From an uncultured Chloroflexia bacterium (GTDB taxonomy: Bacteria > Chloroflexota > Anaerolineae > CG2-30-64-16): a DNA stretch of 64,000 nt. Position 1 is the stretch's first letter. Each line of letters starts with the position of its first letter. Positions 23,915 to 34,120 of the stretch are shown in pieces. The position numbers and the translations under genes were made by a program. Below the pieces are notes generated by a model. The model was not told the DNA's origin. It did not search any database and saw only the letters and a program-made list of their open reading frames with translations. Location of the stretch: the NCBI GenBank assembly GCA_963810095.1, contig CAWEMM010000009.1, positions 320,001 to 384,000 of the forward strand. Direction: 5' to 3'.

Positions 23915-25156
23915 ATGCACCCTGAGATTATCGAGCGCGTGAAGACGCTCAGCGGGCAGATGAGCGAGCGGCGCGAGCGCTTCCTGGCCGACCTGATCCG
24001 CATCCGCTCCTACACGGGCCAAGAGCGCCCTGCAGTCGAGCGAACGCTGGAAGAGCTGCGGGCGATCGGCTGCGACGAAGTCTGGATGGACTCGGCGGGC
24101 AACGCGCTGGGGCGCATCGGGCGCGGGCCGCGGGTGCTGCTCTACGACGCGCACTTGGACACCAACGAGGTGGCCGACGAACGCGAGTGGCCTCACCCGC
24201 CGCTCGAACCGGTCGTCGAGGGTTCCGGCCCGGACGCAGTCATGTATGGCCTGGGCGCATCCGATTGCAAGGGGGGCGTCGCTGCCATCGTATACGGCGC
24301 TGCGATCCTCGCCGCGTTGAAGCGCGAGAGTTCAGAGGTCTCAGAAGACCTCCGGCGTCTGTTCGACGAAGTCTCTGTTGTCGTCATGGGCGCAACGCTC
24401 GAAGAGGATGCCGAAGGCTTCGCGCTCCGTTCCCTGGTCGAGCGCGACGGCCTGCGTCCCGAGGTCGTCCTGCTTGCCGAGGCCACCGACCTGACCCTCC
24501 GTCGCGGACAGCGTGGGCGCTGCGAAATCCGCGTTCGGACGGAGGGCCGGGCGGTTCATGCCAGCCAGCCGCATCTGGGCGAGAGTGCCATCCTCAAGAT
24601 GCTGCCCGTCATTTCTGCGCTGGAGGCGATGAACCCCCACCTGCCCGTCGATCCGATTTGGGGCCGCGGGACGCAGGTGGTCTCGTTGATAGAGGGGCCC
24701 CACACGCCCAACTCGGTGCCGGGATGGTGCGAGGTGGCGGTCGACCGTCGCCTAACGCCGGGCGAGACGCCTGAGTCAGTGCTTGCGGGCATCCGGTCGT
24801 GCGTCGAGCCGCTGGGCGCGACGGCTCGCATTCCGGACCAGCCCGTGCTGACCCATACGGGCCTGCGGCTCGACGGCCCATCGTTCTATCCCGGTTGGCT
24901 GCTGGCAGAAGAACACCCGCTGCTGGCCGCGGGTCAGTCCACCTGCCGGGCTCTGTTCGGCCGGGAGGCAGGGGTCGACGTGTGGCGCTTCTCGACCGAC
25001 GGCACCTACTCGGCCGGTGCGGCCGGCATCCCTACGCTCGGCTTCGGTCCCGAAGAGGAGCCGTTTGTGCACACTGCGCTCGACCAGGTTAACCTGGCAA
25101 AGCTGCGCCACGCGGCTGAGTTCTACGCCCTGTTCCCGTTGGCCTACCTGGCATGA
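23915..25156 (+). CDS. YgeY-like M20 metallohydrolase
   Basis: YDAHLDT, GASDCKGG, EED, RGQRGR, WRFSTDG, GFGP; sits next to hydA and ygeW-like genes. Confidence 0.85.
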   Translation: MHPEIIERVKTLSGQMSERRERFLADLIRIRSYTGQERPAVERTLEELRAIGCDEVWMDSAGNALGRIGRGPRVLLYDAHLDTNEVADEREWPHPPLEPVVEGSGPDAVMYGLGASDCKGGVAAIVYGAAILAALKRESSEVSEDLRRLFDEVSVVVMGATLEEDAEGFALRSLVERDGLRPEVVLLAEATDLTLRRGQRGRCEIRVRTEGRAVHASQPHLGESAILKMLPVISALEAMNPHLPVDPIWGRGTQVVSLIEGPHTPNSVPGWCEVAVDRRLTPGETPESVLAGIRSCVEPLGATARIPDQPVLTHTGLRLDGPSFYPGWLLAEEHPLLAAGQSTCRALFGREAGVDVWRFSTDGTYSAGAAGIPTLGFGPEEEPFVHTALDQVNLAKLRHAAEFYALFPLAYLA

Positions 25157-26550
25157 TCTACGACACCGTCATCCGCAACGGCACGGTGGTCACCCGAATC
25201 GGCCTCGTCCAGACGGACCTCGGGATCATGGGCGAGCAGATCGCGACGATCGATCGAGGGCTCGATGGAGCGCAGGTGATCGACGCGGCCGGTAAGCTGG
25301 TCATCCCGGGCGGCATCGACCCGCACGTCCATCTCCAGATGCCCGCCGGTCCGGTCACCTCGAGCGACGACTGGCGCACCGGCACGGTTGCAGCAGCGTG
25401 CGGCGGCACCACCACGGTCATCGACTTCGTGGAGCCGGAAAAGGGCAGCTTGATCCAGGGGCTTGCCGACCGCCGAGCTGAGGCCGAGGGCGCGAAATCG
25501 GGGAATGGCGGCGCGGTCGTCGACTTTGGCCTGCACATGACCATCATGGATGTGCAGCCCACCACGCTCGCCGAGATCCCCTTCGTGGTGCGCTCGGGCT
25601 GCACGTCGTTTAAGACGTACCTGACCTATGAGGGCTTCAAACTCGACGACGGGGAGCTGCTGGCCGCGTACGAAGCGGTGGCAGAAGCGGGTGGCCTTGC
25701 GCTGGTGCATGCGGAAAATGACGGGATCGTCAATCGCTTGAAGGCGCGCTTCCTTCGCGAGGGACATTTCGAGCCGCGCTGGCATCCAAGGTCTCGGCCG
25801 GGTCCGGCGGAAGCCGAGGCCGTGGTGCGAGCACTGGCCGTGGCCGAAGTTGCCGGCTGCCCGCTGTACGTCGTCCACGTCTCGACCGCCCGGGGGGCAG
25901 ATGCTGTGGCGCACGCCCGCGGCAGGGGGCAACACGCCTATGGCGAAACCTGCCCGCAGTACCTGCTGCTGACCGAGGCGGAATACGAGCGGCCGGGATT
26001 CGAGGGCGCGAAGTTTGTCTGCTCGCCCCCGCTGCGCCCTGAGTCCGACCGGGAGGGGCTGTGGGCGCGCATGGTCGCGGGCGATCTCAGCACGGTGGGC
26101 ACGGATCACTGCCCCTTCTTCTACCGGGGCCAGAAGGACCTGGGCCGGCCGGATGGGCAACATCCGCCGTTCAGCCGGATTCCGGGCGGGATGCCGGGTG
26201 TCGAGTCGCGGCTGGCCCTGCTGTACTCTTTCGGCGTCGGACAGGGTTGGTTGAGCGTCGAGCAGTGGGTCGAACTGTGCTGCACTGCCCCGGCCCGCAT
26301 TTTTGGCCTGGCCGGGCGCAAGGGCGAGTTGGTCGAGGGGGCAGATGCGGATGTTGTCATCTTTGATCCGGAGCGCAGTGTGACGCTCTCGCCGGCAGTC
26401 CTTCATGAGAACTGCGACTATACGCCCTACGAGGGGTTCCGGCTGAAGGGCTATCCGGTCCTGACGATGCTGCGCGGCCGCGTGATCGTGCGGGACGGCA
26501 ATTTCGTGGGCGAGGGCGCGGGGCGCTACCTGGTGCGCACCGGCATGTAG
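25153..26550 (+). CDS. hydA: Dihydropyrimidinase/hydantoinase (HyuA-like)
   Basis: PGGIDPHVH, GGTTTVIDF, SFKTY, HAEN, ETCPQYL, SPPLR, TDHCPF; ATGA-coupled to the upstream gene. Confidence 0.93.
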   Translation: MIYDTVIRNGTVVTRIGLVQTDLGIMGEQIATIDRGLDGAQVIDAAGKLVIPGGIDPHVHLQMPAGPVTSSDDWRTGTVAAACGGTTTVIDFVEPEKGSLIQGLADRRAEAEGAKSGNGGAVVDFGLHMTIMDVQPTTLAEIPFVVRSGCTSFKTYLTYEGFKLDDGELLAAYEAVAEAGGLALVHAENDGIVNRLKARFLREGHFEPRWHPRSRPGPAEAEAVVRALAVAEVAGCPLYVVHVSTARGADAVAHARGRGQHAYGETCPQYLLLTEAEYERPGFEGAKFVCSPPLRPESDREGLWARMVAGDLSTVGTDHCPFFYRGQKDLGRPDGQHPPFSRIPGGMPGVESRLALLYSFGVGQGWLSVEQWVELCCTAPARIFGLAGRKGELVEGADADVVIFDPERSVTLSPAVLHENCDYTPYEGFRLKGYPVLTMLRGRVIVRDGNFVGEGAGRYLVRTGM

Positions 26551-26607
26551 GTGTTCGGCGGGGGCACCCGGCCCTGAACGCCCCATTGCAAGGGTTGCCT
26601 TTTCGTT

Positions 26608-26750
26608 GGGGGCCGGCCGGCCCCTGCCAAATAGAAAGATGGAGCAGCGCCCGAAGCCCGAGGGGCCGGGGGCCAGCCGGCCCCTGCCAAATAGAAAGAC
26701 GGAGCAGCGCTCTTCTCCGGAGGGGCCGGGGGCCCGCGAGCCCTCGCCAG
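26608..26750. repeat. 60-bp tandem repeat (about 2.4 copies) with a GGGGCCAGCCGGCCCC hairpin
   Basis: GGGGCC(G/A)GCCGGCCCCTGCCAAATAGAAAGA(T/C)GGAGCAGCGC recurs at exactly 60-bp spacing; lone hairpins at ~26560 and ~26776. Confidence 0.85.
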
Positions 26751-26823
26751 AGACCTAGTGCAGACGCGGGGTGGCGGGGGCCAGCCGGTCCCCGGAAGAA
26801 TGCAACGCAGACTGGGGGATTTC

Positions 26824-28137
26824 ATGGGAACACTCATCCTGCCCGATTTCCTCATCGACATTCCCGGCGAGCCGCCCAAGGCCGGTTGGGGCGTCCGCGT
26901 GACCGGCGACCATGTCCACGCGGTTGCGCCCAATGCCGACTTGCGCCTGTCCTACCCCGACGACGAGGTTGTAGACGCGGCGGGCCAGGCCCTCTCGCCC
27001 GGTTTTGTCGACGCGCACACGCACCTGTACGGCGTGCTGGCGCACGGTATCCCCCTCCACCGGGCGCCGTCCGGCTTCTGGCCGTTCCTCACCGACTTCT
27101 GGTGGCCGCTCGTCGAAGACCGGCTGGACCACGAGATGATCTGTGCCGCAACTGACCTGAACCTGGTGCAGATGCTGCGCGGGGGCACGACGTCATTCTA
27201 CGACATCACCGAGGCGCCCCACGCCCTGCCGGGCTGTTTGAATGCCCAGGCCGCGGTGGTAGAGGCGAGGGGCATCCGCGGCATCCTCTCCTTCGAGGCA
27301 ACCGAACGGGTGAGCAAGGAGAACGGCCAACTGGGGCTCCGCGAGAATCTCGAGTTTGTCCGCTCGCACAGGTCCGGCTCGCTTGTCTCCGGCTTAATGT
27401 GCTATCACACAACCTTCACCTGCTCGGCGGACTTCATTCGCCAGGCGTTCGAGATGGCGGCGGGTGAGGGCGTCTCGGTGCACATGCACGCGTCGGAAGG
27501 CACGTACGAGCCCGAGCACGCGCTGGCCCATTTGGGCGGGCGCACGTTCGAATACTACGAGCGCCTGGGTGTGGCCGGCCCTGCCATGCAGGCTTCGCAG
27601 TGCGTGCAGATCACGCCCCGCGAGATCGAGATTCTCGCACAGCGCGGGGTCCGCGTCACCCACATGCCGCTGTCCAACTGCGAGGTGGGCGGCGGCATTG
27701 CACCCGTCCCTGACCTGCTTGCGGCGGGCGTGACGGTCGGCCTCGGTTCCGACGGGTACATCACCGACATGTTTGAGGTCATGCGCGGGGCCTTCCTGAT
27801 CCACAAGGCCCACCGGCAAGACCCGCGGGTGATGCCCGCAAGCGTCGTGTGGAAACTGGCGACTGAGGGCGGGGCGCAGGCGCTGGGGCTGGACAAGGTC
27901 GGCCGGCTGGCACCCGGGTGGCAGGCTGATCTGCAGTTGATCGACGCCGGACTGCCCACACCGGCCGAGGCGTGGAACCTGTACGACCAGCTGCTTCTCT
28001 ATCGGAGCCGGCGCGACGTGGCCGCGGTCATGGTCGCGGGGCAGTGGCAGGTGCGCGACGGGGCCGTGCTGGGCGCGGACGAGGCGGCGCTGCGCGCGAG
28101 AGCGCACGCCGCGGCTCGCCGGCTCTGGCAGATCTAG
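26824..28137 (+). CDS. Amidohydrolase, SsnA-like #3
   Basis: PGFVDAHTHLYG, GLMCYHTTFT, HMHASE, HMPLSN, GSDG. Confidence 0.88.
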   Translation: MGTLILPDFLIDIPGEPPKAGWGVRVTGDHVHAVAPNADLRLSYPDDEVVDAAGQALSPGFVDAHTHLYGVLAHGIPLHRAPSGFWPFLTDFWWPLVEDRLDHEMICAATDLNLVQMLRGGTTSFYDITEAPHALPGCLNAQAAVVEARGIRGILSFEATERVSKENGQLGLRENLEFVRSHRSGSLVSGLMCYHTTFTCSADFIRQAFEMAAGEGVSVHMHASEGTYEPEHALAHLGGRTFEYYERLGVAGPAMQASQCVQITPREIEILAQRGVRVTHMPLSNCEVGGGIAPVPDLLAAGVTVGLGSDGYITDMFEVMRGAFLIHKAHRQDPRVMPASVVWKLATEGGAQALGLDKVGRLAPGWQADLQLIDAGLPTPAEAWNLYDQLLLYRSRRDVAAVMVAGQWQVRDGAVLGADEAALRARAHAAARRLWQI

Positions 28138-28147
28138 CGGAGGGTTG

Positions 28148-28474
28148 ATGAAACGCCGGTTCCTTGCCGCACTCGTGGTCTTGTTGCTGGGCGCGGTCCT
28201 GGCGACGCTCCTTGTGTTGGTGGCGACAAACGGCTACGGCACGGCCGGCGCGGACCTCGGTAAGGCCGCGACGGCCTACCTCGCAATCGGGCTGGTGATC
28301 GCGGTCCTGCTCGCCTGGCTGAGTGCGGCGTTTTCCCGGTGGCTGAGTGCACGCACCGGGTGGCGGGGGTATGTCACGCTGCCGCTCGCGTTGGCTCCGG
28401 CGCTGGTGCTGGAGCTGTTCTTGCTCTTGTTTGCCGGCGTCTCGTCGGCTGCGCTCAGCACGCCAGTGGGCTGA
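28148..28474 (+). CDS. Small membrane protein (about 3 hydrophobic segments)
   Basis: Hydrophobic ORF with a GGAGG RBS inside the operon. Confidence 0.6.
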   Translation: MKRRFLAALVVLLLGAVLATLLVLVATNGYGTAGADLGKAATAYLAIGLVIAVLLAWLSAAFSRWLSARTGWRGYVTLPLALAPALVLELFLLLFAGVSSAALSTPVG

Positions 28475-28506
28475 GCGAACGGCTCCAAAGGTGGTGTGGA
28501 GGCTTC

Positions 28507-29645
28507 ATGGCTGATCTGCGTACAACTTTATTCGGTGTCGGGATGCCGTCGCCGTTTATCCTGGCCTCCGGGCCGCTCTCGTACGATGCGACGGGGCTGT
28601 GGGAGGCGTACCGAGCGGGCGCGGGTGGGGTGGTCACGAAGACCTTGCGGCTCGAGGCGGCGATCAACCCGACGCCGCACATGGTCGTGCCGCGCTCGTC
28701 CAACCTGCGCGCGACGCTGTTCAATACGGAGAAGTGGGCTGACCTCACGTGGCAGCATTGGGTCGAGAAGGAACTGCCCGCCCTGGCTGGCCACCCAGGC
28801 ATGTTGATCGCCAGCATCGGCCACACCGCGGCCGAGGGCGACGTGATCGCAGGCCCGGTCGCCGACACGGGCGTCGTGGATGCCATCGAATGTGTGGCAT
28901 ATACGAAGGCGACGATCGTCGATCTCGTTCGGATCGTCCGCCATCGTGCGCCCAGCATCCCGATCCTGGCGAAGCTCACCTTTAATTGGGGGATGACCTC
29001 TACCCCGCGGCGGAGGCCGCGCTCGAGGCCGGGGCCAACGGGTTCACTGCCATCGACTCGATCGGTCCCACGCTGCAGATCGACATCGAGAGCGGCGAGC
29101 CGACCATTGGCGGCGCGGGCAACAAGGCCTGGATGTCAGGTGCGGCCATCCGCCCGGTGGCGCAGGCCGTCGTCTCCGAGTTGGCGACGCGCTTCCCCGG
29201 CGTCCCGATTGTGGGCACCGGCGGCGTCATCCAGGCAGAAGATGCGGTCGAGATGACGATGGTGGGCGCGAGCGCGCTGGGAGTGTGCACGGGCCCGCTG
29301 CTGCGGGGCCTGGAATGGTTCGGACGGACGGGCGAGAAGCTGTCGGCGTGGCTCGACAGCCATGGCTACGCGGATCTCGCTGCGGTGCGCGGGATGGCGC
29401 TGCCCAAGCTGCACCCGGTCGAGGACACGAGCCGCCTGACCTTCGATTTCAACCCGATGCTGTGCACCAAGTGCGACCTGTGCGTCGTGCTGTGTCCGTA
29501 CGATGCCCGCGAAATGGGCGGCGGCGACAAGCCCAAGACGCCCACGCTCACGCAGATCCTGGACGAGGATCGCTGCCGGTACTGCGGCCTCTGCGTGGAA
29601 GTATGCAAGCCCGCAGCATTGACCTACGGCAACTGGCCCCGCTAA
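28507..29645 (+). CDS. DHOD/PreA-like FMN protein with C-terminal 2x[4Fe-4S] #1 (frameshift near 28992)
   Basis: PFILASGPLS, GGVVTKT, MSGAAIRP, IVGTGGV, CTKCDLCVVLCP, CRYCGLCVEVC; no NxSCP motif. Confidence 0.82.
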
Positions 29646-29654
29646 TCCCTTCGT

Positions 29655-29738
29655 CACAGAGCGCCCAGAGGTATTGGTCGAGAGCCTTGCGGCTCTTGAT
29701 CTCGTAACCGCCTCCGCTACCTCTGGGTCCTCTGTGGC
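29655..29738. repeat. Family B-like inverted repeat between convergent genes (possible bidirectional terminator)
   Basis: CACAGAGCGCCCAGAGGTA...TACCTCTGGGTCCTCTGTG. Confidence 0.6.
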
Positions 29739-29743
29739 AAGTC

Positions 29744-30533
29744 TCAGGTCAGCACCGTGCCGCCGTCGATCGAGATCGCCTGTCCGGTGATAAACCGCGC
29801 CTCGTCTGAGGCCAGAAACGCGACCAGCCCCGCAACTTCGTCCACTTGGGCATAACGTCCCATCGGGCAATCCTTCGAGCGCATCGCGATCCATGCTTCG
29901 GGGGTCATGCCCGCGTCCTTCGAGGCCGCGCGAGCCACGTCCAGCGCCATCTCCGTCATCGTGTTCCCCGGGCACACGGTGTTCGCATTGATGCCGTGCG
30001 GCGCCAGGTCCATCGCCACGCTGCGCGTCAGGCCGATGATGCCCGACTTCGACGCGTCTGTACTGCGCGCTCGCCGGATACGAGGTCTTCCCGGCTGCAG
30101 AGGAGATGTTGACGATTGCCATGCCCCGGCCGGTCTGCAGCATGACGCGAGCGGCCGCCTGGTCGGCCAGGAAGACGCCCGTCAGGTTGATGTCGATGAG
30201 TTTCTGCCATGCGCCAAACGGCACTTCGGACAGGGGGTGGCTGGAGTAGATCCCCGCAGCCGCTACGAGGACGTCCACCGCGCCCCATGCAGCGACGATC
30301 GAATCGAAGGCCGCCTGTACGCTGTCCGGATTGGTTACGTCGCAGTGCAAGGCCAGCGCCGGTCGATCGCCCAGGCGATTGCATTCGTCTGCCGTCGCAG
30401 CCGCACTTTCCTGTACGATATCCAGGACAGCAACCCGGGCGCCTTCTTTGGCAAAACGCAAGCAGCAGCCGCGGCCGATACCCTTCGCGCCGCCGGTGAC
30501 GACCGCTACCCTGTCGACGAATCGTTGCATCAT
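29744..30533 (-). CDS. SDR oxidoreductase (polyol dehydrogenase-like; frameshift near 30058)
   Basis: TGGAKGIG, NLTGVF, NISS, Y...K, NTVCPGN, ITGQAISIDGG. Confidence 0.87.
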
Positions 30534-30572
30534 TGAGACTTCCTTCTGACGTGGTCCGGGGAATACTATTCC

Positions 30573-30636
30573 AATATAGCACATAAGGCGTCTCTGTCAA
30601 GTGGTGGTTGACAAAGCGCCCTCGTTCTGGTATGTT
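30573..30636. promoter_or_regulatory. Divergent promoters sharing the palindrome TGTCAAGTGGTGGTTGACA (30595-30613)
   Basis: + strand TTGACA-17-TATGTT; - strand TTGACA-16-TATATT; both with an extended -10 TG. Confidence 0.7.
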
Positions 30637-30720
30637 TGTGCCGGTTTCCGCGTCCTATCTACGCCATTTCCCAAATGATTCGCGGCCGGGCTCCGCCGGC
30701 GAGCGAGGAGGCAACTAACC

Positions 30721-31527
30721 GTGGAATATACCGGTTATCTCGATTTCTGGTTCACCGGCCGTCCCATGATCGAACGGATCGCGCCCATGGTCGAGCTGGG
30801 CTTGCGCCGCGTCGACGTGTGGTCGTGGCGGCGCCAGCCGATGGCCGAGCTTGCGGCCGAGTGCACGCGCCTCGGCGCCGTCCTCAACTCCACCTTCGAC
30901 GACGAGATGGGCTCCCTCGCCGATCCGGGCGACAACGAGCTCACCTATCGCTCCTGGGCCAAGAGCCTCGAAGTGGCCTGCCGGTACGGCATCGAGCATC
31001 TGTACCTCTTCTCCAACCAGGTCGACCTGGTCAACGGCAGCACGTGGACCCGCCGTCTCTCCTCGAATTTCGGCGAGGCCGAGCAATACGCCAATTGCCT
31101 CCGGCAAACCGAGCGCATCCTTAAGCTGGTAGAGCAGACGCCGGTGCAGGTGTGGGTGGAGGCGCTCAACGAGTTCCACATTAAGGGCGGCATTCTGGTG
31201 CACAACCACGATCTCGCGGCCCACTGGGTCCGCCAGTTTGACCATCCACAGCTCCGCATGGTCTTCGACTGCTACCATCAACAGCGCGACGGTGGGAACC
31301 TCACCTGGGGCCTCGAACAGTACGCCGGGCTTTACGCCGCCTTCCACATCGCCGACGTCCCCACCCGCCAAGAGCCGGGCACGGGTGAGGTGAATTATCC
31401 GCGCCTGGCCGCCAAGCTGCGCGAGCTAAAGTACGACGGGCTCATCGGGCTCGAGTTCTACCCGTCGACGACCGAAGCCGCAGCCCTCGAAACCATCAAG
31501 TCCATCTTCCCGCTGGAGGCAGCATGA
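30721..31527 (+). CDS. Hydroxypyruvate isomerase (Hyi)-family TIM barrel #1
   Basis: EALN, FDCYHQQ, HIADVPTRQEPGTGEVNY, IGLEFYP. Confidence 0.87.
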   Translation: MEYTGYLDFWFTGRPMIERIAPMVELGLRRVDVWSWRRQPMAELAAECTRLGAVLNSTFDDEMGSLADPGDNELTYRSWAKSLEVACRYGIEHLYLFSNQVDLVNGSTWTRRLSSNFGEAEQYANCLRQTERILKLVEQTPVQVWVEALNEFHIKGGILVHNHDLAAHWVRQFDHPQLRMVFDCYHQQRDGGNLTWGLEQYAGLYAAFHIADVPTRQEPGTGEVNYPRLAAKLRELKYDGLIGLEFYPSTTEAAALETIKSIFPLEAA

Positions 31528-32667
31528 AAGCAGTTGTGCTTGGGTGTGTCGGCGCAATGGGTGTCAAGGCCACGGCCGAGCTGGCCGCGTCGGGCCGTTT
31601 CGACCGGCTCGTCGTCGCCGACGTGGACGTTGCCAAGGCGCGCCAGATGGCGGACGTCTGGGGCCTGCCGCAGGAGGACGTCGTCCAGCTCGACGCGTCG
31701 GACGAGGCGGCGCTCGAACACCTGATGGCCGGCGGGCCGGACGTGGTCGTCAACGCACTGCCAAAGGGCTTTACGCTCAAGGTTGCCAGGGCCGCGATCC
31801 GCCAGAAAGTGCGCTGCATCGACCTGAGCGACATCTCGGCCGACCTGCGCGGGCTGCATGACGAAGCACAAGCCGCGGGCGCGGTCTACGTGTCGGGCTG
31901 CGGCTCCTCGTCTGGCCTCACGAACATGATGGCGAGACACGGCAGCCGGGGCATGGACGAGATCGAGTCGGTCGAGATCGATTTCGCGTCGTTCCGCGCC
32001 ATATCGCTGTCGCCGGCCTCGGTCGATGGCGTGTTCTGGGAGTTCGGCCCCCAAGTGACGCGTGGCTATTACGCCGACGGCGGTTATCATAAAGTCAACC
32101 TGTGGGATGGTGCCAAAGTGGTGGATTTCCCCGCACCCATCGGCACGCAGACCGTCTACATCGTGCCACAGAGCGAAACCCACACGCTGCCGCGCACGCT
32201 TGGCGCAAAGTCTGTGACGGTGCGCGGGTGCTTCACGGCGAAGGCCATGCGCCTGATGCAGACGTTGGTCGAATATGGCTTCTTCGAGCCGGAGCCCGTC
32301 GAGGTGAACGGCGCGGCCATCAGCCGCCGGGAGTTGATCAAGCAGTATCTCGTGCAGGCGCCCCAAGCCGTCGACGAGCCGGCGTGGGGCTACGGCCTTC
32401 ATGTCGAGGTCACAGGACGGCAGGCCGGCCGCACGGTCAAACGCACGCTCTGGACGACGCACCCGCTGGCGGACAAGCCGGGTTGGGCAGGCCCCGAGGC
32501 CTGGGCAAAGTGCGTGGCGCTGCCGCTCGTGGCGGGTGCTCTGCTCCTCGCCGAGGGGAACTACTCTGGCACGGGCGTCGATGCGCCCGAAGCATTCCTG
32601 CCCACCGAGCCATTCCTGGCAGGAACTGGCGAGCCGGGGCTTGTGCGTGCACGAGAGCGAAGAATAG
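31524..32667 (+). CDS. Saccharopine dehydrogenase-like oxidoreductase (frameshift near C-terminus)
   Basis: VVLGCVGAMG, GCGSSSGLTNMMA, VDFPAPIG, QSETHTLP, GVDAPE. Confidence 0.8.
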
Positions 32668-32676
32668 GCGCCGGCC

Positions 32677-32725
32677 AGAAACCGGGTCTCTACGCCAGCG
32701 AAGCTGGCGTAGAGACCCGGTTTCT
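32677..32725. terminator. Perfect 23-bp-stem palindrome between convergent genes (bidirectional terminator or REP-like element)
   Basis: AGAAACCGGGTCTCTACGCCAGC-GAA-GCTGGCGTAGAGACCCGGTTTCT. Confidence 0.7.
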
Positions 32726-33869
32726 TTATACCCGCCGTTCGACCGAGAACGGGGACAGGTCGAGTTCTGTCTTGCCCGTGATCACGAGCTGGGGCACTAC
32801 CCGGCTCATCAGCGGCGTGACGATCACCGTCGACTTGAAGGCCGTTGCCAGGACGAGCCCCTGGACGCCGTCGACAGGCCCCAGGTAGGGCCTGCCGTCG
32901 GCGGTGTATGCGACCGGCGCAGCCCAGCCTCGCAGAACGCGGAGCCGGTTCAGCGTGGGGAAGAAGCGACCGATTTCGGCTGCAATGGCGGACTGGCCCG
33001 CTTGGGAGGCGCGGCTTCCCAGGTCTTCCGTGTTCACCCCCGCCTCGCCCAGCAGAAAATGGCCCTCCGGGCTTTGACCCACTGCAAGCACTGCCTTCGC
33101 CTCGGGCTGCACTTCTGCCATCGCTTCGAAGAAGGCCGCCGATGAGATATGGTTACGGAGGGCCTGCTCCGAGCGCTCGGTGACCAGGGCCTGCCCATGC
33201 ACGTGGGAGATGGCCCAGCTCCGTCCGAGCAGGCGGCCCAGGTGCGGCGTCCACGCTGCCTGTTGCAAGCACGGCGACGGGTGCGCTGAAGAGGCCCCGG
33301 TTTGTCCGGAGCCCTGTGAGCCGCCCCCCCGACAGCACGAACTCGGTCACCTCAGTTTCCCGGTGTAGCTCCAGCCCGCAGCGGCGGCCCGCGGCGAGAT
33401 ACGCCTGTATGAACTGGAAGGGGCGCACCTGTCCTTCGCCTGGATAATAGCAGGCCCCCAGCGCGGCACGCGGGGAGATCAAGGGCTCGATCTCGTGTAG
33501 GCGCTCGGCGGGCACGAGCTCGGCCCGCACGCCCCCGGCATGCAGGGCGGGCAGCCGGGCGGCGAGTACCTGCCACTGGGCCTCGGTCTCGACGACAAGG
33601 AGGCTGCCGCGTGGCCGGTAGCCCACCTTTGCACCCAGCTCCTCTTCCAGGGTCGCAAAGCATGCCGCGCCGGTCAGGGTCAGGGGGAGGCTGTTCCCGA
33701 GCTCGCAGTCCTGGACCTGCACGCTGCCGTAGTTCGCACCCGAGCCGCCCGCACCGGGCACCGCACGCTCCAGCAGCGCGGTGTGCAGCCCGGCGGCCGC
33801 CAGCCCATAGGCCACCGCGCACCCGACATAGCCCGCTCCAACCACAAGTGCATCGTAGATTTGCGACAT
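32726..33869 (-). CDS. FAD-dependent oxidoreductase, DAO/sarcosine-oxidase-beta/HcnC family #1 (frameshift near 33260)
   Basis: VVGAGYVG, GGSGANYG, VLATG, TADGRPYLGPV, DLSPFSVER. Confidence 0.85.
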
Positions 33870-33906
33870 GGCGCTGCCATCCTGTCAGTAGGGGGAAGAG
33901 GACGTG

Positions 33907-34001
33907 ATGGTAGCATCCGATGCCGCGGTTGTCAACTGCTGTTATTCGCATCTCCTTCTTGTAAACTGCAGATTGACAGTGGTGCCGACTTGTGCTAAGG
34001 T
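33907..34001. promoter_or_regulatory. Divergent promoters with palindrome TGTAAACTGCAGATTGACA (33960-33978)
   Basis: + strand TTGACA(33973)-17-TAAGGT; - strand TTGACA(33935)-17-TACCAT. Confidence 0.7.
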
Positions 34002-34120
34002 ATGGCCGGCTACCCATGCCTAAGCCCGGTGATCGTTCTCCTAACCTTAACCGTGCTGCAACACAAAGCGGGCTGGCCTTCGGCCCCCGGCACGGTGCAA
34101 CCTCGCCACGGAGGAACTGG

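Noticed and set aside
26608-26750. CRISPR array
   Set aside because: Only about 2.4 units, the variable part is ~10 nt, and no cas genes are present.
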